Virus record (IMG/VR): IMGVR_UViG_3300028591_003737
Coordinates: 32,001-96,000 of that record
Strand: one strand, 5' to 3'
From: a virus
Taxonomy: Duplodnaviria > Caudoviricetes
DNA length: 64,000 nucleotides
The notes below the pieces were generated by a model, which saw nothing but the letters and a program-made list of their open reading frames with translations, searched no databases and was not told the DNA's origin. Both the position numbers and the translations under genes were made by a program. Below, one piece after another: positions 22,544 to 33,228 of this stretch (its first letter is position 1; every line of letters starts with the position of its first letter).

Positions 22544-22573
22544 TTTGAATTTTAACACATTTATAACCATATT
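22544..22573 (+). promoter_or_regulatory. Class I phage promoter variant
   Basis: TTTGAA-N17-CCATATT upstream of the HAD gene. Confidence 0.55.
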
Positions 22574-22592
22574 ATATTGGAATTAAAAAAAT

Positions 22593-23108
22593 ATGAAAAA
22601 GTATAAAATATTATTTGCAGATCTTGATGATACTTTAATCAAGACTCATTCTGGTAAAACTTGGGCTCAAGGTATTTGGGATATGGATCTCAAATTTGAT
22701 GTTCTTAATAAGATTAAAGAACTTGAACCTGAATATATGTTCATTGTAACTAATCAAGGAGGAATTGGTAAGTTTGTCACTGAAAGTGATTTTGTCAAGA
22801 AACTTGATTATGTTGAGGCAAGTATTCGTGGATATATTAAACATCCTAAGTTTATAGATATTCAGTCAATGTATTGTGACAGTATGGATAAAGAAGATCC
22901 ATTCCGTAAACCAAATCCTGGAATGATTAAATATTTTATTGATGAATATAAACTTAGAGAAAATGGATATACATCAGATGATATGTTAATGATTGGAGAT
23001 GCATCTGGTAAAGAAGGAGATTTTAGTGATAGTGATAAGAAATCAGCGGAGAATGCAGGGATAAATTATCTTGATGTAAATGACTTCTTGAAATGTGTAT
23101 TTTTTTAA
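22593..23108 (+). CDS. HAD-IIIA phosphatase (polynucleotide 3'-phosphatase-like)
   Basis: DLDDTL, VTNQGG, RKPNPGM, IGDASG..FSDSD. Confidence 0.85.
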   Translation: MKKYKILFADLDDTLIKTHSGKTWAQGIWDMDLKFDVLNKIKELEPEYMFIVTNQGGIGKFVTESDFVKKLDYVEASIRGYIKHPKFIDIQSMYCDSMDKEDPFRKPNPGMIKYFIDEYKLRENGYTSDDMLMIGDASGKEGDFSDSDKKSAENAGINYLDVNDFLKCVFF

Positions 23109-23128
23109 CCATTTAAATATTTAAAGTT

Positions 23129-23353
23129 ATGTTTATTGAATTAATTGAAATTGAAAAAACAAAGGAAGTTGTTGGTCCCTTTATGATTAATACCAATAAT
23201 ATTTCCTTCATTGACACAGTCGTTCTTGATGACAATTCAACTGTCAAACGAGTAAGGACAAATGATCAGGTAACATTTTTCATATCTGATAAAGATTATG
23301 GAAAACTAAAGAAGTTGCTATCTGAAAATAATTTGGGACCTACTTCAATGTAA
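23129..23353 (+). CDS. Hypothetical protein, paralog of 22114-22410
   Basis: See paralog entry. Confidence 0.6.
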   Translation: MFIELIEIEKTKEVVGPFMINTNNISFIDTVVLDDNSTVKRVRTNDQVTFFISDKDYGKLKKLLSENNLGPTSM

Positions 23354-23376
23354 AATTGAAATCATAATTCTTAAAG

Positions 23377-23405
23377 AAAATGTAGACGTAAGTCTACATT
23401 TTTTT
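23377..23405 (+). terminator. Intrinsic terminator with GTAA tetraloop
   Basis: AAAATGTAGAC-GTAA-GTCTACATTTT plus T run. Confidence 0.8.
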
Positions 23406-23420
23406 ATTTTTATATATAAT
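23405..23420 (+). promoter_or_regulatory. Class II (late-type) motif TATTTTTATATATAAT
   Basis: Same 8-mer precedes structural genes at 11243, 12652, 61441 (+) and 3912 (-). Confidence 0.5.
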
Positions 23421-23432
23421 ATAATAGAAGTT

Positions 23433-24041
23433 ATGAGAGATTTAAAAGAATATATGTTTGAAGGAGCATGGGGATATGATCCACAACAAACAGACTCAGC
23501 TCTTGATTTAAGAGCAGGTATAAATATGTCAATATTAGAAACTATATATGATGAATGCTTCAAAAGAGTGTGGTCTAATAGTGAAGGAATAGATTTAGAT
23601 GGTAATTCTGCTTGGGAAGCAATTGCTCAGATAGAATACTTTTTTGAAAAATGTGCTAACTTATTTGATATACATAATGAAAAAGATCCTGAATATGAAA
23701 GATACTATTATTGGTGGAGATTGAAAAAAGATAAGAAGAAAGATATAGTTGATTTATATTCAGAAGCAATTCAAAGATGCGCATCAGATGATGAGTTTAT
23801 CAATTCTTGGAAAGAACCAGATAAGATGAGAAAGGCATTAACAGAAAGAGGTAAGATATTAAAGAAGTATGCTAAGTTAAGAGATGATTATTTTAAGCAT
23901 GAACTTGAATTAGATAAACAAAGAACAGATGCAACTATAAAATTTGTAAAAGATCCTAACAATAAAACAATTGCTTATGGTAAAGAGGGTTGGTGTGTTG
24001 TTGGTTTTGATGATAAGACACCTGAAGTAGCAGAAGAATAA
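23433..24041 (+). CDS. Putative capsid-internal protein
   Basis: Leader MRDLKEYMFE resembles the T4 capsid-targeting sequence. Confidence 0.55.
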   Translation: MRDLKEYMFEGAWGYDPQQTDSALDLRAGINMSILETIYDECFKRVWSNSEGIDLDGNSAWEAIAQIEYFFEKCANLFDIHNEKDPEYERYYYWWRLKKDKKKDIVDLYSEAIQRCASDDEFINSWKEPDKMRKALTERGKILKKYAKLRDDYFKHELELDKQRTDATIKFVKDPNNKTIAYGKEGWCVVGFDDKTPEVAEE

Positions 24042-24056
24042 TAGATAAAAAATAAT

Positions 24057-24485
24057 ATGAAAACACTTAAAGAATATTTGTTAAAAGAAAATAAAAAGAA
24101 TATACCTGATGTAGTATATCATGCAACAATAAAACAAAGATTAAGTGATATAAAGAAATATGGATTAGGTGGTAAAATTCCTAAGAAAAGATTCTGGGAT
24201 TATGAAGGAACTGAATATGAACATATAAAACAAGGATTTTTTGTTGATGTTAATCCAGAAAATGCATACTATTATGTTGAAAATTCAGATGAAATTTGGG
24301 ATGCATATGAAGATTTTGATTCTTCTGATATTATATTATTTAGTATAAAAACAAAAGATTTAGATTTGTCAAAACTTCATATTGATTCAAATGATGATTC
24401 AAATGAAGATGAACCTCATTCATATTTTTATGATGGAGTAGTTCCATTTGAAAAATTAACAAAAGAAAGTACAAAAGAATATTAA
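24057..24485 (+). CDS. ADP-ribosyltransferase-fold protein with capsid-targeting-like leader
   Basis: Leader MKTLKEYLLKE; VYHAT...I.KYGL, GFFV...A.YY and Y.G.VP.EKL ART/Tpt1-like strands. Confidence 0.55.
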   Translation: MKTLKEYLLKENKKNIPDVVYHATIKQRLSDIKKYGLGGKIPKKRFWDYEGTEYEHIKQGFFVDVNPENAYYYVENSDEIWDAYEDFDSSDIILFSIKTKDLDLSKLHIDSNDDSNEDEPHSYFYDGVVPFEKLTKESTKEY

Positions 24486-24487
24486 TT

Positions 24488-24877
24488 ATGAAAAGTCTTA
24501 AAGAATATTTATTAGAAGAAAAAGATGATATTACTGCTTCAACAAGTCGTGGTGATATTAAGTTTACTATATGGAAAGCTCCAGATAAAAAAGTAAAATG
24601 GTTAAATGATAATGAAAAATATCAGAAGATAGAATATAAACTTGAAGATAAAGAAGAAGGTTTATATATTGACTTTTTACTTGGATTTAAAGATGGATCA
24701 TGGAAACTTTGGATTGGTAAGATAGGTTCATGTAGTTATGATGATGATCCATATTGCTCTTTTGAAACAAAGAAATTTGAAGAAGGCATTGTTGGTGCTC
24801 TTGATAAAGTAGAAGAATTTATTAAGAAAGTAAAAGATGATCCTGATAGTTATATACAATTTTATAAAACATTATAA
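24488..24877 (+). CDS. Putative capsid-internal protein
   Basis: Leader MKSLKEYLLE. Confidence 0.55.
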   Translation: MKSLKEYLLEEKDDITASTSRGDIKFTIWKAPDKKVKWLNDNEKYQKIEYKLEDKEEGLYIDFLLGFKDGSWKLWIGKIGSCSYDDDPYCSFETKKFEEGIVGALDKVEEFIKKVKDDPDSYIQFYKTL

Positions 24878-25233
24878 TGAATAATTTAACTCAATATATA
24901 ACTGAAAAACTTCATCTTAATAAAAATTTAGTATCTCCAGATGAAGAACTAATAAATAAAGTTAAAGATATTATAATAAAATATCTTGAAGAACATAATT
25001 GGTTTGATTGTTATATGGATGATTTTTCAGTTACGCCAAGAGAAAGTGTTAGTAAAAACGGCAGAAAAGATTTACGAGTATATTTATATTACCCAGAAGA
25101 ATTAAGTAAAAGAATTAGTATTGATAAAATGGGTACAGATGTAGCTGTAACAATTAAAAAAGAATTACATGTTGACTGGGAATGGTCATCAAGTAAAGAT
25201 AATTGTTATCTTTTATTTACAAATGGAATATAA
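24877..25233 (+). CDS. Putative capsid-internal protein
   Basis: Leader MNNLTQYITE-KLHLNKN. Confidence 0.55.
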   Translation: MNNLTQYITEKLHLNKNLVSPDEELINKVKDIIIKYLEEHNWFDCYMDDFSVTPRESVSKNGRKDLRVYLYYPEELSKRISIDKMGTDVAVTIKKELHVDWEWSSSKDNCYLLFTNGI

Positions 25234-25319
25234 TAAATATATATAATCTTTATTAATGGTAATTATCCGGTGTTGATAGAATTTATATTTTAGCTTTTTA
25301 CCAAAAATATTAAATTCTA

Positions 25320-25538
25320 TTGATGATAAAACAAAAACAAACAACAAGATCTGACTGTAATAAACACATTATTAAAAGAGAACATTACACAAGAAAAAAT
25401 GGAACTTGGAAACCCAAGAAGAAATTTGAAACTCAAGAAGAAGCTGATGCATGGATAAATAAATATAAGATGTATAGATATTCTTCTTATTTATGTGAAG
25501 TTTGTAAAAAATGGCATATAGGAATGAAAAAAGAATGA
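25320..25538 (+). CDS. Small zinc-finger protein
   Basis: KKKFET.EEA and YLCEVCKKWHIG motifs. Confidence 0.65.
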   Translation: MMIKQKQTTRSDCNKHIIKREHYTRKNGTWKPKKKFETQEEADAWINKYKMYRYSSYLCEVCKKWHIGMKKE

Positions 25539-26185
25539 ATGAGATTTCTTTAAAAGAAGCTAAAAAGATAAAATTATTTAATAGGGTTGAGAAGAAGTAT
25601 GTACTTACACCTTCTCAACTTTATGATTTTTATAAGTATATAGAATCTGATTGGTATATTGTAAAAGAAGAAAATAATTTTTTATTTGAATATCATTCTA
25701 TTTATTATGATACTATAGATTTAGATATGTATCAAGAGCATAGAAATAATATAAACAATCGACAGAAACTTAGAATAAGAGAATATTCTAATGGTAAGAA
25801 ATATCTTGAGATTAAAACAAAGACTGATGGAATAACTAATAAGATAAGAAAGAAAATAACTAATGAAGATATATCAATACTTCAAGATTGGATTAAAGAA
25901 AATCTTCATTATAATCTTTCACTTGAAAAAGAATTAGATATAAAATATAAAAGAACTACATTTATTTCTAAAGATAAAAAAGAAAGAATAACTATTGATA
26001 CAGAAATAAAATTCTATAATTATAAAACTGGATTATCTAAATCTATAGATGATATTATAGTTGAAATAAAACATGAACAAAATTATCCATCATTGATTGA
26101 ATTATATTTTAATACTCATAATATACAAAAACAAAAGTTTTCAAAATATTATAATGGTATTAATTACACATTAAAAGAGAGCTAA
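25511..26185 (+). CDS. VTC / polyphosphate polymerase (CYTH-like) domain protein
   Basis: RVEKKY, SIYYDT, RQKLRIREY, LEIKTK, RITID, IVEIK, FSKY. Confidence 0.85.
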   Translation: MAYRNEKRMNEISLKEAKKIKLFNRVEKKYVLTPSQLYDFYKYIESDWYIVKEENNFLFEYHSIYYDTIDLDMYQEHRNNINNRQKLRIREYSNGKKYLEIKTKTDGITNKIRKKITNEDISILQDWIKENLHYNLSLEKELDIKYKRTTFISKDKKERITIDTEIKFYNYKTGLSKSIDDIIVEIKHEQNYPSLIELYFNTHNIQKQKFSKYYNGINYTLKES

Positions 26186-26203
26186 ATATATAGCTCTCTT
26201 TTT
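26173..26203. terminator. Bidirectional intrinsic terminator
   Basis: AAAAGAGAGCTA-loop-TAGCTCTCTTTT between convergent operons. Confidence 0.8.
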
Positions 26204-26278
26204 ATTTATTTAGTATTTTAATAAAATATATCGTCTATCTCCTTAAGCTATCCCAGAATTAAAAAGAAGCGCTAAAGA

Positions 26279-26896
26279 TTAAGCTTTTGCTATCTGCTTT
26301 TCAATTATTTCTTTTACTTGAGCAAAAGAAACTGGAGTATAATCATTATTATCTATACCAACATCATATTGTGTAGGAAGAAGATAATTTAATCTTGGCA
26401 TATCAGGAGATGTATATGGATGATTCTTATTTGAATGAACATGTCCAAATAATTGCCATGAAGGCTTATCTTTGAAAATACCATCAAATGTAAGGAAAGG
26501 AAAATGACTCAAATAAATCTTTTGTCCATCAACACAAATATTCATTTGAGCACAAATATCTTCAAATCCTTCTTCAATATTTCCTTCACACATTAACTTA
26601 TAATCATGATTACCATGAATTAAGTAAATCTTTCCATTCAATCTAGAACGATATTCCCAGAAACGATTTATATTACCAAACATAAAATCACCAAGATGAA
26701 ATACAATATCATCTGGACCAACTACAGAATTCCATCTCTTTATAAGATCTTCATTCATTTGGTCAACATTTTCATAAGGACGCATAGCATACTTAATTAT
26801 ATTTGCATGACCAAAATGAGTATCACTTGTAAAAAAGATATTATTCTTTTGAGTAGTAAATTGTACTATATGTGTTTCACACTTAAACATAATCAA
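26279..26896 (-). CDS. Calcineurin-like metallophosphoesterase
   Basis: SDTHFGH, HLGDF, GNHD, SHFP, GHVH, DVGID. Confidence 0.88.
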   Translation of the reverse strand: MIMFKCETHIVQFTTQKNNIFFTSDTHFGHANIIKYAMRPYENVDQMNEDLIKRWNSVVGPDDIVFHLGDFMFGNINRFWEYRSRLNGKIYLIHGNHDYKLMCEGNIEEGFEDICAQMNICVDGQKIYLSHFPFLTFDGIFKDKPSWQLFGHVHSNKNHPYTSPDMPRLNYLLPTQYDVGIDNNDYTPVSFAQVKEIIEKQIAKA

Positions 26897-27480
26897 ACTT
26901 CTCCAACATTAATCTTTGGAACTAATCCTAAATCATCTAATACTTCTTTTAAATTAATACATTTTTCTCTTACTTCATTAAGTATCTTACCAAGTTCATT
27001 TCTGCCCCAATTTTTATAATTATCAAGCTTTAAAGCAGAATCCTGATCACAACCAATTCCCCAAATCCTATCATATGGACTTGCCTCAACAAACTGCTTA
27101 CCATCATATTTAGGATCAATAAGTTTATCTCTAAGTTCTTTATTCTGGATAAACTTAGCTGATACTGCAGTTTTCATATAATGTACTCTGACATCATTCC
27201 ATCTCTTGTCATCATATCCTTTAACTTCACGACCAAGACGGCGAGCTTCTTCTGGATCTGATGTTTTTAATATTTTCTCTGCTGTTTCAGTATCAAAGAA
27301 AAACATTGCTTTAAACCACATAAACATTTGCTCAGATGAAGAAAAGTAAAAAGGATCATCACCGTCAGCAACATAATATGGATTTGCAAATTTTATTTTA
27401 CATTTTGTAAAATTACAAAATGGATGTTCTTTCCAAAAGAATACATATTTATCAGTTGTCCTCATGATAACATTTAGCAA
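26893..27480 (-). CDS. NADAR (YbiA-like) protein
   Basis: FCNF, SSEQMFMWFKA, RLGREVKGY, AKFIQN, EASPYDRIWGIG, GRNELG. Confidence 0.9.
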   Translation of the reverse strand: MLNVIMRTTDKYVFFWKEHPFCNFTKCKIKFANPYYVADGDDPFYFSSSEQMFMWFKAMFFFDTETAEKILKTSDPEEARRLGREVKGYDDKRWNDVRVHYMKTAVSAKFIQNKELRDKLIDPKYDGKQFVEASPYDRIWGIGCDQDSALKLDNYKNWGRNELGKILNEVREKCINLKEVLDDLGLVPKINVGEV

Positions 27481-29481
27481 TTTTTAAATTATTTGTATCT
27501 GTTTCTTGTAAATTATTATAAATTGTTATATATGCATTAGCAAGATTATAATACTCTTCTTGAACCTTCTTAATCTTTTTAATAAGATTTTCCATTATAT
27601 CTTTACTCTTTTCTTTATATAATTCAAGAGCTTGTTCAAGATTAGTAAATATAAATCCACAATCTGTATCATCTAATAATGATTCATGTATAATAAGTGG
27701 ATATGAACAATCTTTTTGTTTAGCTATATATGTACCTTTTATACGTTCATCAGGATGTAAAGGTTCTTCAAGTATATATTCTTCTATTCGAAGATAACCA
27801 GCTGATGTACCTTCATTGATGACATATATTTTATCACTAGCTTTAAGTTCTCTAAACGTTTTCATAATATTTGTTAAAATGACACCAATTTAAAATATCT
27901 TTAACTAATCTATTATATTCTTCTTTAGAAATTTCAACATAATCATCAAAGAAATCACTTACTGAAAGAACAATATTATTTGAATAAGTAAAATTTACAT
28001 CACCAATAGCATAATAATGTAATTTATAACTATTACCTTTTATACAAATAGAATTAATAATATCAACTTTTTTAGGTTTAAATAAAGTTATTGTACCAGT
28101 TCCATCAAATTTTCCACGATAATATTTACCAATACTATCATTCATTTTATTGATTTTATCATTATTAAGTAACTTATTATATTGATAATTTAACTTTTTA
28201 AGTTCTTCAGATTTTTCTTTAATAACATTACTTAATTCATTAATCTGCTCGTTTAACTCCATAAAGCTCTTTATTAATTTCTTGTTTTACATTCTTTTTA
28301 ACAGTAGTTCTAGGTAATGTATTCTCAGCAAAATATTCCCACCAATTACCTACCTTTCTATGATTTTTATCATGAAGATGATAATCTGTTTTCCAAATAC
28401 CACTACCAGGAGTTGTCTTATTTATTCCAAATGGTTTCATTCATTATAATATACACGTGTTTTAGAATCTTTATCATAATTCATACAAATATTAAAACCA
28501 ATATAGCATAATCTTATTTCATTATCCTTCTTTGAAATTGGTCTATAATATGTATATATAAATTCATATGCCTTACATCTTCCTAAAACATCTTCATTAT
28601 TACCAGGATCAACAGTAAATACTTCTCCAGACTTTTTAATCCTGTAGTTTGTCTGAACAAGGCGAACTATAAGTTTATGTTCTCGGCCCTTTGTAAATAA
28701 TGTAGGAATATCCTTAACACTATCTACAAAGGGGTTTCTATCAATATATTTTAATTGATCAAGAAAATATAAGTTTTCTCCTTTTTTGTTTTTTCTCATT
28801 AAGAAATTAACAGTAGACTGAAAATCTTCTCCAATTTTCAGTCTCTTATTTTCCTCAATGTTTCTAATAACATTGTTTATCCTTTTATTTACAAAACATT
28901 TAACTTTATTAAAAATCTTCATAATTTATTATAAATAAATTTATCTATAGTAATTAGAAAATTCTTAATGTCAGATAATGAAGTAGTAACATTATTGACA
29001 AAATCTTTATTTTCTAAATATTTTATAATGTTCTCTCTTAGAGATTCTTCATTATAATATAGTTCAACTAAGTCAACTAATGTTTGAATTGGTCCTAATT
29101 TATTTCTTAATTGTGCTGTAATTGTTTCTGGTACCATAATCAAACCCTTTGATAAAGTGTTTCAATTTCATAAGGAGTTACATTTTCCAACATTTCTTCA
29201 TTAGTTGCAAGAAGCTGTAAATATTTTTCTTCAATACCAGAATAGTCAATATGACGATAAATATCAGTAAATTCATACATAATAACTTCCTCATCATTTT
29301 CAGTTACATCTCTGAACCAATTAGTAATTTCTACAACAGCATCATCACAACTGTCAATATTACCAGGCCAAAGGCACACGTCACCAATTTCAAACTTAGG
29401 CTTAAGAGTATATACTCTCCTTTGATTAAAAAATAAAGATTTTAATAGTTCAAACATAATATAGGATGTTAAAAAGTTCAA
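27452..29481 (-). CDS. Run of six hypothetical proteins (27452-27865, 27852-28262, 28240-28440, 28437-28922, 28919-29143, 29140-29481)
   Basis: Overlapping, translationally coupled ORFs downstream of the promoter at 29486-29513. Confidence 0.6.
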
Positions 29482-29485
29482 ATGT

Positions 29486-29544
29486 AATATAGTAATGTTT
29501 TATTATATTTCATAAAAAAAGAGGAATTATTTTCCTCTTTTTTT
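29486..29544 (-). promoter_or_regulatory. Terminator hairpin plus class I promoter
   Basis: ATGAA-N16-CTATATT (29486-29513) abutting the hairpin AAAAAAAGAGGAA/TTCCTCTTTTTTT. Confidence 0.65.
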
Positions 29545-29546
29545 AT

Positions 29547-29825
29547 TTATTCTTCTTCATCTGCAACTAGATGAAAACATATACTAGTACTATCTTCAGA
29601 TACACTTATAATATTCCAACCATCATTTATAAAATCTGTAAGAAGATTTTCAATTTTATTTGTATCAAATCCAATAGTTATTTTATCACCAGTAGATTTT
29701 TTTAGAAATTCTGAATCAACTCCATATGAATCTAATATATATTGATGAGAAAATCCAGTATCTTCTTTAATACGTAGTTGTCTATATAACTTTTTAAAAT
29801 TTTTTGATTTATTTGATTTACCCAT
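29547..29825 (-). CDS. Hypothetical protein (GWxIISV small family)
   Basis: INDGWNIISVS motif. Confidence 0.55.
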   Translation of the reverse strand: MGKSNKSKNFKKLYRQLRIKEDTGFSHQYILDSYGVDSEFLKKSTGDKITIGFDTNKIENLLTDFINDGWNIISVSEDSTSICFHLVADEEE

Positions 29826-29830
29826 ATTTA

Positions 29831-31027
29831 TTAAATTTTATATGTTATTGGATCAAGTATTTTCTTAGCATAATTAAGTGTAACTTTATACTTAGTTACA
29901 TTCTTAGTAGGTAAACTAAACATAAGTTTAGTCATTAAGTCTTCCATAATAACACGAAGACCACGAGCACCAAGTTTACTAGCAATTGCTCTTTCAACTA
30001 TATAATCAAATACTTTATTTTCAAAGGTTAATTCAATTCCATCAAGAATAAATAACTTCTTATATTGTTTTACAAGAGCATTCTTAGGTTCAGTTAAAAT
30101 TTGACGAAGAGCCTTTTCATCAAGATCATCCATATAAGTAATTACAGGAAGACGACCAATAAGTTCAGGAATAAGACCAAATGATTTCAAATCCATTGGA
30201 GAAACATGTTTAAGAGGATTTTCATTTCCTAAATCTGTCTTTCCAGTATTATTAAAACCAATTGTATGAACATTATATCTTGCTTCAATCTTCTTATCAA
30301 TTCCTTCGAATGCACCACCGCAAATAAAAAGAATATTCTTAGTATTTACATACAAAAGTGGTTGTTCAGGATTCTTTCTACCACCTTGAGGAGGTACACC
30401 AACTACACTACCTTCAATAATCTTAAGAAGAGCTTGCTGTACACCTTCACCAGAAACATCTCTAGTAATAGAAGGATTACCACCCTTTCGACCAATCTTA
30501 TCTATTTCATCAATAAAGACAATACCTTGTTCTGCTCTTTCAATATTATAATCAGCAGCTTGAAGAAGACGAGTCAAAATATTTTCAACATCATCTCCTA
30601 CATAACCAGCCTGAGTTAAAGAAGTACAGTCAACAATAGTAAAAGGAACATCAAGCATCTTAGCAATTGTTCTTGCAATAAGAGTCTTACCAGTACCAGT
30701 TGAACCAATTACTATACAATTAGACTTTTCAATTTCAACATCATCATTGATATTCTGACTTGAAATTCTTTTATAATGATTATAAACTGCTACAGAAATT
30801 CTTTCCTTAGCATTATCTTGACCAATTACATACTGATCAAGAAATTCTTTAATCTGAATTGGCTTAGGAATACCATCAATATTTTTTGCAAAAGCAAATT
30901 CTTTATTTACATTGATATATTGTTTAACAAGTTCAGCACATTCTGAACATATACATGAATCTCCATTACCATATACCATTAATGAAGTTTCACTTTCAGG
31001 CTTTCCACAAAAACTACAATATTTCAT
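29831..31027 (-). CDS. clpX: ATP-dependent Clp protease ATPase subunit ClpX
   Basis: CSFCG/CSEC zinc domain (likely start MKYC at 31027), [37 protein letters not shown] loop, GARGLR. Confidence 0.95.
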   Translation of the reverse strand: MKYCSFCGKPESETSLMVYGNGDSCICSECAELVKQYINVNKEFAFAKNIDGIPKPIQIKEFLDQYVIGQDNAKERISVAVYNHYKRISSQNINDDVEIEKSNCIVIGSTGTGKTLIARTIAKMLDVPFTIVDCTSLTQAGYVGDDVENILTRLLQAADYNIERAEQGIVFIDEIDKIGRKGGNPSITRDVSGEGVQQALLKIIEGSVVGVPPQGGRKNPEQPLLYVNTKNILFICGGAFEGIDKKIEARYNVHTIGFNNTGKTDLGNENPLKHVSPMDLKSFGLIPELIGRLPVITYMDDLDEKALRQILTEPKNALVKQYKKLFILDGIELTFENKVFDYIVERAIASKLGARGLRVIMEDLMTKLMFSLPTKNVTKYKVTLNYAKKILDPITYKI

Positions 31028-31029
31028 TC

Positions 31030-31707
31030 TTAATCTCCCCAATAATTTGTACCTTTATAAAAATCTTGAATTGCTTTAGCTAATCTTTCTTCATCTCTTT
31101 TCTGTTCTTCACGAGAAGTTTCATCAAGAAGAAGATCTACATAAGGTCTAAAACTATAAACAGAAACCTTATCTTTTTCACGAGATTCATATTTGAAAGC
31201 CCAACCAGTAGCTTTCTTAAAATATTTACTCTTACTTACTTCATCAAAACACATTTCAAGTTGTTTCTCATCAGTTTTATCAGGATTTAAGATACAAACA
31301 TCTCTAATACCTTGTTCACCCTTCTCAGGTTTAAAATCAAAGAAAATACGTCCATCTTTATCCCAAAACTTTCTTGAATCTTCAGCATTCTTTATAGCAT
31401 TCTGAATATACTTTTCTTTATAAGAAGATCTCTTATATTTCTTTTCAGCATATTCAATAGCTTCTTTCTTTATTTGTTCAAGACGTTTTTCAAAATATTC
31501 ATCATTAGCTTTTTTACAAATCTCTTTGTATTCTTTACCAGCAATATCAAGATCTTCTTTCATCATCTTGACAAAATCTTCTTTAGAAAGATTTTCACAA
31601 TCAACATTCTCTCTTCTTACAAGAGTAACAATTCCAGTTTTACCATAATATGAATCTACAATATCAAATTCAATAGATTCATAAATATAATCAGTAATAG
31701 ATTTCAT
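31030..31707 (-). CDS. Hypothetical protein with capsid-targeting-like leader
   Basis: MKSITDYIYE leader. Confidence 0.6.
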   Translation of the reverse strand: MKSITDYIYESIEFDIVDSYYGKTGIVTLVRRENVDCENLSKEDFVKMMKEDLDIAGKEYKEICKKANDEYFEKRLEQIKKEAIEYAEKKYKRSSYKEKYIQNAIKNAEDSRKFWDKDGRIFFDFKPEKGEQGIRDVCILNPDKTDEKQLEMCFDEVSKSKYFKKATGWAFKYESREKDKVSVYSFRPYVDLLLDETSREEQKRDEERLAKAIQDFYKGTNYWGD

Positions 31708-31716
31708 ATATATAAA

Positions 31717-32401
31717 TTAATAAATTTCATCTTCAGAAGAATATTCAATATTATTAGCAAGATTTAATAAATCTAAATCACTTGCTTCTGATAGATTAAT
31801 ATAATGTGTCCAACCCAAATGTGTGGTATTCAAATGAATATCAACAAGAGGAGATGGACCAGGATAATCAACTAATTCAAAATGAAATACACCATAAGAT
31901 GTATTTACACTTCTCTCTAAGATGTCATTATTCATATTAAAAATTAAAATCAATTTTATATTCAGAAGAATTAGCAATACTTTCTACTTCATCCTGAATT
32001 ATCTTTACAATATACATATCATCAAACCTTTCCGGTTTTGCAATAGTTTTTCTATATTGCTTTGATGCAACATAATAACCCTTTGATAAAACAGTAATAG
32101 CAATATTAATATTATTAGTATTAACTGTTACAATTATAGAAACAATAGTATTATCAGATAATGTGGCTGATGCAGTGTAATTTTTCATATTTTAGTCAAA
32201 GTAATAAATCATTTTCTTTCCTTCGAAAACCATAGCATATGCAGTATTCGTATTCAAAAGTTCCTTCTGATATTTAATCAGTCTTTCAGCAGAAGCTCTT
32301 GCATCTTCTTTTGAATCAAACTTATCACTACCAAGAATATAGTCTAAACCATCAAAGATTTTAACTGAAATAGTGGAAGAAATTACATTTGACTTTTTCA
32401 T
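31717..32401 (-). CDS. Three small hypothetical proteins (31717-31977, 31937-32188, 32192-32401)
   Basis: ORFs downstream of the promoter at 32425-32452. Confidence 0.55.
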
Positions 32402-32424
32402 ATGATCTATGTTTTTACATTATC

Positions 32425-32452
32425 AATATAGTAATAAATTATAATAATTCAT
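32425..32452 (-). promoter_or_regulatory. Class I phage promoter
   Basis: ATGAA-N16-CTATATT. Confidence 0.65.
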
Positions 32453-32473
32453 TAAAAATTATTTTTATATATC

Positions 32474-32707
32474 ATGGAATTAGTAAAAAAATATTCAATC
32501 AATTTACTTAGAAATAAACTTCTTGGAAAGAAAGTACACTTTACAAGTGATTGTCAATTATTTCCAAATTTTAATGTTACAGGTAAAGTTATACAAATAA
32601 GTTTATCTGGTACAATTCCATTATTCAAAACTATACTTACATCAGGTAAAACTATTGATATTGATGGTGGAATGTCTAATCTTTCTTTTGAGTTAATAAA
32701 TACATAA
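32474..32707 (+). CDS. Hypothetical protein
   Basis: 77-aa ORF preceded by TATTTTTATAT. Confidence 0.55.
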   Translation: MELVKKYSINLLRNKLLGKKVHFTSDCQLFPNFNVTGKVIQISLSGTIPLFKTILTSGKTIDIDGGMSNLSFELINT

Positions 32708-33164
32708 CTACCCACCACCAATTACAGTTCTCAACATTTTTAGGTGCTTCAAGTCTAATAGTACATCTTATTTTTTTCAAAAATACTATTACTACTTCAG
32801 GACAATATTCCCAAACATTTTCACCCCATTTAGTTTTATATCCCATTGGTTCTACATGTATAGCAAACCATTTATTAAGAAATGATTTATATGAAGCATG
32901 AATATCCATATAATATTCACACCAATTATCATCTGTTACTTCTCCTTTATAAAATACTAATCTTGGTTTTCCATTAATCTTCTTTCTAACTTTCCACCAG
33001 TCTTTCCAAAGTTTATGAAAACCTAAATCAATATATATTTTATGATTATACAATCTATAATCTTTAGATGTATAATATTTTAAATTCATTTTAAATTTAT
33101 TCCAATTTGTATAAAGTACTGTTTCTTTTACTTTAAAATACCATATAATATCTTTCCAAGTCAT
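32676..33164 (-). CDS. Hypothetical Trp-rich protein
   Basis: 162-aa ORF ending at TAG. Confidence 0.55.
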   Translation of the reverse strand: MTWKDIIWYFKVKETVLYTNWNKFKMNLKYYTSKDYRLYNHKIYIDLGFHKLWKDWWKVRKKINGKPRLVFYKGEVTDDNWCEYYMDIHASYKSFLNKWFAIHVEPMGYKTKWGENVWEYCPEVVIVFLKKIRCTIRLEAPKNVENCNWWWVVMYLLTQKKD

Positions 33165-33228
33165 ATTAAATAAAAAATGTTTCTATATAAAAATATAGAA
33201 ACATTTATATATATTATTTATATTCTGA

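Noticed and set aside
26204-26278. tRNA or small RNA in the gap between convergent operons
   Set aside because: No cloverleaf, T-loop motif or convincing stem could be identified.
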